Positions 42,093 to 49,695 of a stretch of DNA of 49,695 bases are shown piece by piece. Source of the DNA: an uncultured archaeon (GTDB lineage: Archaea > Asgardarchaeota > Thorarchaeia > Thorarchaeales > Thorarchaeaceae). Position 1 is the first letter of the stretch. The number at the start of each line of letters is the position of its first letter. The DNA is taken from assembly GCA_964610875.1 (NCBI GenBank), contig CAZSWP010000011.1:37967-87661 (forward strand). The letters are read 5' to 3'. Both the position numbers and the translations under genes were made by a program. The notes under the pieces are model-generated. The model searched no databases. It saw nothing but the letters and a program-made list of their open reading frames with translations, and was not told the origin of the DNA.

Positions 42093-42464
42093 TCATTCTC
42101 TCTGCCTGCTCTCATAATCCTCGATTGCTCTATGCAGTGCATCGGCAGCAAGATTTGAACAATGCATCTTCTGAGGTGGTAGACCGTCAAGAGCTTCAGC
42201 TACTTGATTACGCGTGAGTTCCTTGGCTTCTTGAATTGTCTTTCCAATGACCATCTGTGTTGTCATTGAAGAAGTAGCAATAGCTGCAACGCATCCGAAT
42301 GTTTCCACCTTGGCATCTACAATAATGTCATCTTCTACTTTGATATAGATCCGCATCATATCCCCACATACAGGGTTTCCAACCTCTCCTATTCCATCAG
42401 GGTTCTCAATCTTTCCCATATTCTGTGGGTTTACGAAGTTTTCTTTCACTTTGTCTGAGTACAT
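42093..42464 (-). CDS. iscU: Fe-S cluster scaffold IscU/NifU-N (MisU-type)
   Basis: YSDKV..F.NP.N.G, GNPVCGD, FGCVAAIA and LPPQKMHCSNLA, with all three Cys present. Confidence 0.96.
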   Translation of the reverse strand: MYSDKVKENFVNPQNMGKIENPDGIGEVGNPVCGDMMRIYIKVEDDIIVDAKVETFGCVAAIATSSMTTQMVIGKTIQEAKELTRNQVAEALDGLPPQKMHCSNLAADALHRAIEDYESRQRE

Positions 42465-42546
42465 TCGGAATGCCTCACTTTAGATGCCCCTAAAATTTGC
42501 TTATCATTCTTACTCTATTACCATGAACTGGAATGAAAACATTCTC

Positions 42547-43308
42547 TCAATTTAGAGACCTGATGAAATCACAAATTCTTTCAATAACCAAGTCAACTGC
42601 TTTTTGTCCCTTCTCTTTGGTAGCTTTTGTCGAATAGCCAACAGTTCCAGATTCCGTGAAATCTTTCATTGTAAGATTTGTTGCTATTTGTGGGGGTTTT
42701 GCTAGCATGTTTGCTTCAACATACTCTGGGTATGGTGTTTTGCCAGGTTCATCAACTCGTTTTTCATCCAACACTCGCTGACCAAGTGCCCATGAAACCG
42801 AGGTTTCCATGTCACATGCATGAAAGACTGGGGGTGTGAATATCTCTGGCACTTTATCCATTATCATTGACCACCAATTCAACGCAAACACATTGGAATC
42901 AATGAGGTCTCGGAGTTCATGGAGAGCAACTGAGATTGCTGTAGTATTTCCGCCATGACCATTTAGAAGAATGATATTCTCAAAGCCATGTTCCGAAAGT
43001 GAAACGCAAATGTCAACATAAATGTTGGACAGTGTGCTCTCGCTAAGAGTTATTGTTCCTTTGAATTCCATGTGGTGAGGTGAATAGCCATATGCAAGAG
43101 TTGGAGCCAAGCTGACTTTGGGATCAGGCCATAATGCTTCACATACTAATTCACCAAATCTAGTAGCAATATAACTATCATTGTCTACTGGTAATGCTGG
43201 TCCATGCTGTTCGTTTGAACCCACAGGAACAATCACACTTTTGCACTCCTGCAAACGTTCTTCCACTTCTTCCCATGTCATTTTTGCTAATTGATACGGG
43301 ATTGACAT
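42547..43308 (-). CDS. Creatininase-family amidohydrolase
   Basis: PVGSNEQHGPALP..ND, GYSPHH..F.GTI, NGHGGN and HA...ETS motifs. ATG 43308 preferred. Confidence 0.9.
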   Translation of the reverse strand: MSIPYQLAKMTWEEVEERLQECKSVIVPVGSNEQHGPALPVDNDSYIATRFGELVCEALWPDPKVSLAPTLAYGYSPHHMEFKGTITLSESTLSNIYVDICVSLSEHGFENIILLNGHGGNTTAISVALHELRDLIDSNVFALNWWSMIMDKVPEIFTPPVFHACDMETSVSWALGQRVLDEKRVDEPGKTPYPEYVEANMLAKPPQIATNLTMKDFTESGTVGYSTKATKEKGQKAVDLVIERICDFIRSLN

Positions 43309-43373
43309 AGTGAAATCACTTTGTCCTCCCCTTATTATCATATATGTAGAACACAGAATTGCAGTCAGCATTG

Positions 43374-44591
43374 CTACCATTCATCACAAGGTAAATTATG
43401 ATGATGCTCGTTTTCATCAGTAGTTGACGGTGCAAAATATTCTCCTGATTTAAGTGGACTGAATTCCCTTAGACGCTCAACAGTTGTTGATAAGATGTCT
43501 ATAAATTCGTCTATTTCTTTTGTGTTGTTATAACGGGAAAACGACACTCTAAGGGAGCCATGAGAGACCTCGGGTGGATAGTTAAGACCCTTTAGTACGT
43601 GACTTCCCTGGAGTGTTTTTGAGGAACATGCTGACCCAGTCGAAACTGAAAACCCATTCATATCAAGATGAACCAGCATTGCCTCTCCCTCTATTTGTTT
43701 CACTAGCAATGATACAAGTCCGGGTATTCTTTGTGTCGGATGACCTGTGAATTCAATCTCAGGTATCTTTTCAGAAAGTCCATTTCGAAGATGATCAGCA
43801 AGTTGTTTCAAGTACTCTGAGTGTTTTGGTTCCCAGATTTCTACTGCTTTGGCAAAACCTACTATTGCTGGGATGCTCTCGACACCAGGTCTCAAGCGCC
43901 GTTCTTCATCTCCACCTTCATGGAGCCGTTCAATCTGAGTTTTTCTTCTGATATAGAGGGCACCAACACCTTTTGGTCCATGAACGAGATGTCCATCGAT
44001 TGTCACTAAATCAACTGGTATTTGCACTGTGTTGATTGGAATCTTCAGGTATGTCTGAGTTGCATCAATATGGAAGATAATCCCATTTGCAGAAGTAATC
44101 TCAGCTATTTTTTCAATTGGTTGGACAACTCCAACCTCACCATTCCCATGGTGTATAGAAACAAGAACTGTACTTTTACGGATTGCTTTTTGAAATTCAT
44201 CCAAGTCAATCAATCCATTCTTATCAACCTCGAGATAGGATATCTCATACCCCTCTCCTTCTAATCGTTGACAAGATTTCAGTACTGATTGTACTTCAAT
44301 TGAAGTTGTGATTATGTGTTTGCTACTCTCACGATTTACCTTGGCCACACCTCGAATTGCTAAGTTATTTGATTCTGTAGCTCCAGATGTAAAAATAATA
44401 GTTCGTGGATCTGCCTTTAATGAGCCTGCAATAATCTTTCTTGCATCCTCCATACCTCTAACAGCTGCAACATCTTGCGCATGACTCATCTCAAGACCAG
44501 ATGTCCCATAATATTCTCTAAAATATGGTAACATTGCTTCAATTACACGTTCATCCACCTGAGTAGAATTCGCGTTATCGAAATAGGGCAT
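43374..44591 (-). CDS. iscS: IscS/NifS-like cysteine desulfurase homologue lacking the canonical PLP Lys and His
   Basis: YFDNA, FTSGATESNN, HIDATQ, HGPKGVGAL, STGSAC322SS and SLRVSFSR are present. DGHL replaces S[GA]HK and EVQS replaces EHxA/S. Confidence 0.88.
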   Translation of the reverse strand: MPYFDNANSTQVDERVIEAMLPYFREYYGTSGLEMSHAQDVAAVRGMEDARKIIAGSLKADPRTIIFTSGATESNNLAIRGVAKVNRESSKHIITTSIEVQSVLKSCQRLEGEGYEISYLEVDKNGLIDLDEFQKAIRKSTVLVSIHHGNGEVGVVQPIEKIAEITSANGIIFHIDATQTYLKIPINTVQIPVDLVTIDGHLVHGPKGVGALYIRRKTQIERLHEGGDEERRLRPGVESIPAIVGFAKAVEIWEPKHSEYLKQLADHLRNGLSEKIPEIEFTGHPTQRIPGLVSLLVKQIEGEAMLVHLDMNGFSVSTGSACSSKTLQGSHVLKGLNYPPEVSHGSLRVSFSRYNNTKEIDEFIDILSTTVERLREFSPLKSGEYFAPSTTDENEHHHNLPCDEW

Positions 44592-44597
44592 CGACTG

Positions 44598-45044
44598 TCA
44601 GTCCTTACATGCTCTGCAGTCTTCCTTGACATGCTCACAATACTCACGGTGAATCTCACACATGACTCCCTTATCCCGCAATAGTTTGATGAGATGATTG
44701 ATCTCTCTTGTCATTGTTTCATAGATGAATTCTCCCTCGTCTCTTTCGTCCCAGGCGTCTATGATGACATCTGCAGATTTTCCTACTTCAGGTAGGATAT
44801 CCTCAGGAATCTCAACTTGGTCTCCACGTGATCTCTTTGACTTCTTAAGCTTGTATTGGGTTACTGCCGGCTCTGTAACACCAAGCATCTTCGCTATGGT
44901 CTTCTGTGCCATGCCTCGTTCAATCATAACTCTAGCTAGTTCTCTTCTAATGGCTGGAAGCACATACCAGACCTCGACTTCTTGAGGCATTAGCCAGGTA
45001 CGTTTTTTCCTACGTTTCTTGGTTCCACTTTCTGTTGATGACAT
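44598..45044 (-). CDS. Archaeal HTH transcriptional regulator with C-terminal Cys/His cluster
   Basis: PQEVEVWYVLPAIRRELA...QKTIAKMLGVTEPAVTQY (HTH) and CEIHREYC...CRAC. Stop is 6 bp before iscS. Confidence 0.88.
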   Translation of the reverse strand: MSSTESGTKKRRKKRTWLMPQEVEVWYVLPAIRRELARVMIERGMAQKTIAKMLGVTEPAVTQYKLKKSKRSRGDQVEIPEDILPEVGKSADVIIDAWDERDEGEFIYETMTREINHLIKLLRDKGVMCEIHREYCEHVKEDCRACKD

Positions 45045-45189
45045 CGAGTAACCCTCGTCTTAACAAACGTTATCCGTGGTGCTTTTCACTATGGTTAAGA
45101 ATGATGACCTAATAAGGGTGATGGCTTAGACAAAGGTTTGAACCAAACTGATAAGGTATGGACTCCATAAAGCTATAAGGCGAGTTCAC

Positions 45190-45915
45190 ATGAATGAAGA
45201 AATTATCAAAGCTGCAGATCTCATTAGGAATTCATCTTATCTTATTGCACTAACAGGAGCAGGCATATCACGAGAGTCTAATGTCCCAACCTTTAGAGGA
45301 AAAGACGGATTATGGAGAAATTATGATCCAATGGAACTTGCCACTCCTCAGGCATTCAAAAATAATCCGAAACTTGTCTGGGAGTGGTATGCTTGGCGTC
45401 AAGGGCTTATTGCTTCGTGTGAGCCAAACCCCGGTCATACCTCACTTGTTGAATTGGAAAAGAAAGGAATATTGAAGACTCTTATCACACAGAATGTTGA
45501 TGGTCTGCATCCCCGTGCAGGTTCGCAAAATGTACTACCTGTACATGGTGATTTATGGGAAGTAAAGTGTACTTCTTGTTCATACGGAGGAAGACTATCT
45601 GAACCCGCCACAGAGATTCCGATTTGTCCAGAATGCAGGTCTAATCTTCGTCCTGATGTCGTATGGTTTGGCGAGAATCTTGACATCAACATAATGCATC
45701 AAGTAAGAGAAGAACTGAATTCAGCTGATGGTATTCTTGTGATTGGAACATCTTCTGTGGTGCAGCCAGCTGCATCATTTCCAATTGCTGTATCGAATAG
45801 AGGTGGATGGATTATCGAAATCAATATTGAAGAAACTCCATTGACTCCCTTAGTGACAATCCACCTGAACGGACCATCTGGTGAATTACTCCCATCCATT
45901 GTAGAACGACTGTGA
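45190..45915 (+). CDS. cobB: NAD-dependent protein deacylase (Sir2/CobB)
   Basis: LTGAGISRES..PTFRG, TQNVDGLH, HG, CxxC...CxxC, RPDVVWFGE and GTSSVVQPAA motifs. Confidence 0.95.
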   Translation: MNEEIIKAADLIRNSSYLIALTGAGISRESNVPTFRGKDGLWRNYDPMELATPQAFKNNPKLVWEWYAWRQGLIASCEPNPGHTSLVELEKKGILKTLITQNVDGLHPRAGSQNVLPVHGDLWEVKCTSCSYGGRLSEPATEIPICPECRSNLRPDVVWFGENLDINIMHQVREELNSADGILVIGTSSVVQPAASFPIAVSNRGGWIIEINIEETPLTPLVTIHLNGPSGELLPSIVERL

Positions 45916-45929
45916 AACGAACTTATGAC

Positions 45930-47264
45930 TCAAAAAGTCAGTGACCTTGCCTTGGCTAACGCTTCCGCTCCCTCCTGAGCCCTTCCCATCTTGAGAAGAA
46001 TCTCTCCGAGTTTCTGGTATGTATCGGCGTCTTCTGTATCAATTGATGTAGCTTTTTTCAGCACACTAATAGCTTGGTCAAATCTGCGATTCCTTTCAAG
46101 AGTGAAAGCAAAATCCTTCAAAAATTCTGTGTTGTTTGGTTGAACCTTCAATGCTCTCAAAACGGCTCTGCTTGCCTGAGTATATCTCTCCTGTTTTATC
46201 AAGGTATGACCCAGCATACCCCATGCATCGCTATCATTGGGCATCAATTTCACATATCTGAATAAGGCTCTTGCTGCAGCCCGAAATTCCTCAACCGAAG
46301 TATATGCCTTTCCCAATATCAAGAATGCTTTGTGATTTCTAGGTTCATTCTCTATAACCTGCGAGAGGATTTTAATTCCTCTTTGTGTTCTCTTATCCTT
46401 TACGAGCATCTCACCTAATAGAACAAGTGCTTCTGTATTGTTTGGGTCTACTTCTAATCCCTTCTCTAGTGATCTAATAGCCTTCGCATATTCTCTGTTT
46501 TTTGCATATACTTTGGCATAATCAAACCATGACTCAGAATCACCATATCTTGATGGCGGTTTTCTAGTTGTACCAGATAGAAGTTCTGTGACAGATGCAT
46601 GAGTTTCTATTACTGTTTCAGCATTATCATCAACTACTCTGTCTTCTAGAATTTCTTTTCCGAGTTTATGAGCGTCTTCTTGGGATTCACCTCGCGAAAA
46701 GATAGGTAATGATTTTTTCACAGAATCAATCCCTTCTGATTGTAGTTGCTCTGAATGAATATCGGAATGAACTACTAGCTCACTCAATTTAGTGCCAACG
46801 CTCTTTAATGAGGAATCTCTTGTTTGATAGCGACTAGGTAAGCTCCCTTTCACATGTTTCTCTCGCAAATCACTACGGAGGATTGCCCATGATTGCCCCT
46901 TTTTCCCACGCAACTCTAAGAGATGTTTTCCTGCCTGTTCAGCATCCGTTTCTCTTCTCTGTTTCAATCTAATGATACAAAGTCTTTCCCAAGCTTCTGC
47001 TAAGGTAAGGTCAATTTCCACAGCCCTAGAATAGCATTCATCAGCTTTGGAAGCTTCTCCAATGTCCTCATAGATACCACCAAGTATCATCCAAATTCTT
47101 GTATTGCCTTCAAATTTCTGTGCAGCCCCTCTGAGTTCTTGTATTGCTGCCTCAAGATTTTCCTGTTCAAGATACTCTTGAGCACGACCAAGACATTCTT
47201 CTAGTGAATTTGTCGCATCAATTGATTTTTCTTTTAGCTTTGAATCCCCTTCATCTGTTGACAA
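45930..47264 (-). CDS. TPR protein (two TPR blocks separated by a low-complexity linker)
   Basis: About 3 N-terminal and 6 C-terminal TPR units. Confidence 0.88.
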   Translation of the reverse strand: MSTDEGDSKLKEKSIDATNSLEECLGRAQEYLEQENLEAAIQELRGAAQKFEGNTRIWMILGGIYEDIGEASKADECYSRAVEIDLTLAEAWERLCIIRLKQRRETDAEQAGKHLLELRGKKGQSWAILRSDLREKHVKGSLPSRYQTRDSSLKSVGTKLSELVVHSDIHSEQLQSEGIDSVKKSLPIFSRGESQEDAHKLGKEILEDRVVDDNAETVIETHASVTELLSGTTRKPPSRYGDSESWFDYAKVYAKNREYAKAIRSLEKGLEVDPNNTEALVLLGEMLVKDKRTQRGIKILSQVIENEPRNHKAFLILGKAYTSVEEFRAAARALFRYVKLMPNDSDAWGMLGHTLIKQERYTQASRAVLRALKVQPNNTEFLKDFAFTLERNRRFDQAISVLKKATSIDTEDADTYQKLGEILLKMGRAQEGAEALAKARSLTF

Positions 47265-47399
47265 CCTTACAATCCACCACGAACTACTGTAGCTATTTCT
47301 ACCTGAAGACTAATGAGAGTTCTGTTTAGAAACTCGTCGTGATTTTAGGCAAGAGATAAATGTCTGATATTTCGGTGGATATGCTATGGGTGTTAGTGG

Positions 47400-48398
47400 A
47401 TGAGAATACTAGTTACCGGAGCTACTGGTTTCATTGGTAGAGCAATTGTTAATCATCTGATTGAACTTGAACACGAAGTCATTGCTTTGGTTCGTGAAAC
47501 AAGCAATCGTTCAGGTATCCCTGAAGAAGTTGAATTTGTTGAGGGTAATATGCTAGATCTAGAAAGTCTAGAGAATGCTGTGAAAGATGTAAAAGCTGTT
47601 ATACATCTAGCTGCATATTTTGATTTCTACCCTTCTGATGCGGACTTAATGTATCGCGTTAATGTTGAGGGCACAAGAAATCTTCTGGACGCCTGTGTTG
47701 GATCGACTATTGAGCGTTTTATCTACGGTTCAACCACAGAAACAATTGGTCCTGTCCGTTATCCGCCTGGAAATGAAGATACAGAGCTTCGACCACAATT
47801 TGATTATGGAAAAAGTAAGGTGATTGCTGAACGCTCTGTCAGAGAACTCTGTTGTGACACAGGGATTGAGTACGTTATTATCCGCCCTACTGGTGTAATG
47901 GGGGAAGGTGATCAGTATACTGCATTCGAGTTAATTGAAGCAATCAATAATGGTGATGTTCCTGTTTTACCTGGTGATGGCGAGAAGCATATCATGTATA
48001 CTCACATTGATGATGTCGTTGAAGGCTTTGTTGCGGCGTTGTCATCAAAATCTGCTGCGAATGAAACAATAATTCTCTGTCCTGATCATCCCATGAAATA
48101 CAAACAACTAATTGAATACCTTGGAGATATTCTTGGAGTAAAAGCACCGAAGAGATATGTTTCAACCACTCTTGCAAAGGTGGGAATTGGTCTTCTTAGT
48201 CCATTAAAAAACAGAGGTAAGACGACATTTCTTTGGCATACTCAGACCATTCAGAGTATGGACGAAGATAGATGGTATTCAAATGACAAGGCAAAGAAAT
48301 TACTGGGCTGGAAACCTCAAGTCACTATGGAGGAGGGTATCAAGAGAGAGATAGAGTGGGCATGGGAGATGAATCTCCTAGAACGGAGGAAAGAGTGA
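47400..48398 (+). CDS. NAD-dependent epimerase/dehydratase (extended SDR)
   Basis: TGATGFIG, HLAA, VNVEGT, YGKSK and RP motifs. Confidence 0.93.
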   Translation: MRILVTGATGFIGRAIVNHLIELEHEVIALVRETSNRSGIPEEVEFVEGNMLDLESLENAVKDVKAVIHLAAYFDFYPSDADLMYRVNVEGTRNLLDACVGSTIERFIYGSTTETIGPVRYPPGNEDTELRPQFDYGKSKVIAERSVRELCCDTGIEYVIIRPTGVMGEGDQYTAFELIEAINNGDVPVLPGDGEKHIMYTHIDDVVEGFVAALSSKSAANETIILCPDHPMKYKQLIEYLGDILGVKAPKRYVSTTLAKVGIGLLSPLKNRGKTTFLWHTQTIQSMDEDRWYSNDKAKKLLGWKPQVTMEEGIKREIEWAWEMNLLERRKE

Positions 48399-49695
48399 TG
48401 GATGCAACCATTGGTTTCATCCTAATCATCCTACCAATTATCTTGGCTTTCGTAATGCTCCTTTTTCTAAAACAAGCTGCAGACACAACAGGTGTTGTAG
48501 TTTGGCTTCTGACGGTAGTAATTGCTGTGCTTGCATTTCAGACAGATATTGGCGTAGCATTAGTTGCTAGTTCTGCTGGAATTGTACGGTCATTCCCAAT
48601 CTCACTAATGGTGGCGACTTCAATTCTGATGATGACATACATGCAAGAAACGGGATCTCTACAGAGATTGATCGTATTCTTCAAGACGCTTGGAGGAGGA
48701 AGCAAACCGATGCAAATTATGCTCATCAGTCTTGGTCTTGGACTGTTTCTTGTAGGCATTGGGGCAACCCCTGTGTCCATGCTTCCTCCTGTAATGTTAG
48801 CTCTTGGATTTTCCCCATTAGTTGCTGTTGCACTTCCATCCATAGGGTATGACCCGCTAACAACATTTGCACTTCTTGGTGTGCCTGCTGAAGTTTTTCG
48901 CGATGTATATTCAACTGTTTCAGGTACTGAAGTTGAACTCTGGTATGTCGGATCTGTTTTTGCGATGTACATGCCTGTGGTTTCTGTTGGAATCGCTATC
49001 TCAATGCTTTGGATAGCAGGAGGAAAGAAGCTCCTAATGAGCCGCGAAGGATTGCTTCTTGCAATAATCTCAGGGGCAACTGCAGGAGTAGTAGCTATTG
49101 TATGCAATCTGCAGTTTGTGAATTTGACACGTTTGACAAATGTAATCGCTGGAACTGCTGTATTATTCATTCTATTTGTTTACAATAAGGTACTAAAGAA
49201 ACCTTTCTTAGATAGGTCTGTATTGAAAGACGAAGACTACAAGACTGAAGAATCTATGAGTCTTCTCCGAGCGAGTATCCCTTGGACTATTCTTGTCGTG
49301 CTCAGTTTCTTGACCACTTTGGTAGAACCCATTAAACAACTCTTGGTTGGAGACTATGGGCTTGTTGTTTTTGGACAGTATCTGAATAATGCATCTGAGG
49401 TAATTCCTTACGCAATCAATACCAATTTTCTGTGGCATGCTTATACTTTGATGCTTATTGCAACACTTGTTTCAATGCCGTTTTTCAAGAATGATAAAAC
49501 TATATTGAAGAACACATTTCGAAAATTTCTGAAGAGAGCACCACGTCCAGTCCTTGCTGCAGCAGTATTCTTTGGAATGGCTGAAGTAATGAATTTCAGT
49601 GGATTTTTCATAAATCCTAGTGGAATTTGGGTTCCTCCCACAGACCCAACAAATAATATGGTATACTTACTTGCGACATTGACTTCAAGTTCTCT
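48398..49695 (+). CDS. L-lactate permease family transporter (runs off the right edge; not in the ORF track)
   Basis: ATG 48398 overlaps the upstream TGA. Manual translation gives MDATIGFILIILPIILAFVMLLFLKQAAD...MQETGSL...GIGATPVSMLPPVMLALGFSPLVAVALPSIGYDPLTTFALLGVP, an LctP-like pattern with many TM segments. Confidence 0.8.
   Translation, partial: MDATIGFILIILPIILAFVMLLFLKQAADTTGVVVWLLTVVIAVLAFQTDIGVALVASSAGIVRSFPISLMVATSILMMTYMQETGSLQRLIVFFKTLGGGSKPMQIMLISLGLGLFLVGIGATPVSMLPPVMLALGFSPLVAVALPSIGYDPLTTFALLGVPAEVFRDVYSTVSGTEVELWYVGSVFAMYMPVVSVGIAISMLWIAGGKKLLMSREGLLLAIISGATAGVVAIVCNLQFVNLTRLTNVIAGTAVLFILFVYNKVLKKPFLDRSVLKDEDYKTEESMSLLRASIPWTILVVLSFLTTLVEPIKQLLVGDYGLVVFGQYLNNASEVIPYAINTNFLWHAYTLMLIATLVSMPFFKNDKTILKNTFRKFLKRAPRPVLAAAVFFGMAEVMNFSGFFINPSGIWVPPTDPTNNMVYLLATLTSSS

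Noticed and set aside
48538-49641. Minus-strand ORFs of 210, 76 and 66 aa
   Set aside because: Antisense shadows of the plus-strand lactate permease.

Overview
Gene-dense, roughly 40% GC archaeal chromosome segment. The gene content and the style of its surface proteins (Ig-like 'W...D..P..Y.IYRNG' modules, Thr-rich linker, C-terminal TM plus basic tail) suggest Asgard archaea, most likely Thorarchaeia; this assignment is inference. Left to right: (1) a divergent tubulin/FtsZ-superfamily GTPase, missed by the ORF track because it runs off the left edge, co-transcribed with an 895-aa helical-repeat protein and facing a WD40 + TPR/MIT-like + coiled-coil protein; (2) a 12.3-kb three-gene cell-surface operon joined by ATGA overlaps (Ca-binding DxDxDG-repeat membrane protein, FG-GAP/NHL multi-propeller protein, membrane-anchored papain-like Cys-His-Asn enzyme with FN3); (3) metabolic genes (RidA, GNAT, GH3 glycosidase, methyltransferase, SLC13 permease, carbamate kinase, C69 peptidase); (4) a group 3b [NiFe] sulfhydrogenase operon bracketed by a ~186-bp direct repeat of the C69 promoter and 5' end; (5) a surface-protein pseudogene with two in-frame stops; (6) an Fe-S locus (Cys-rich HTH regulator, IscS-like protein lacking the PLP Lys and His, creatininase-family gene, IscU); (7) a sirtuin, a TPR protein, an SDR epimerase and a lactate permease running off the right edge. 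No rRNA, tRNA, CRISPR array, transposase or integrase was recognised. The best candidates for undescribed systems are the tubulin-like/helical-repeat/WD40 locus, the adhesin plus Cys-enzyme operon and the PLP-deficient IscS-IscU locus.
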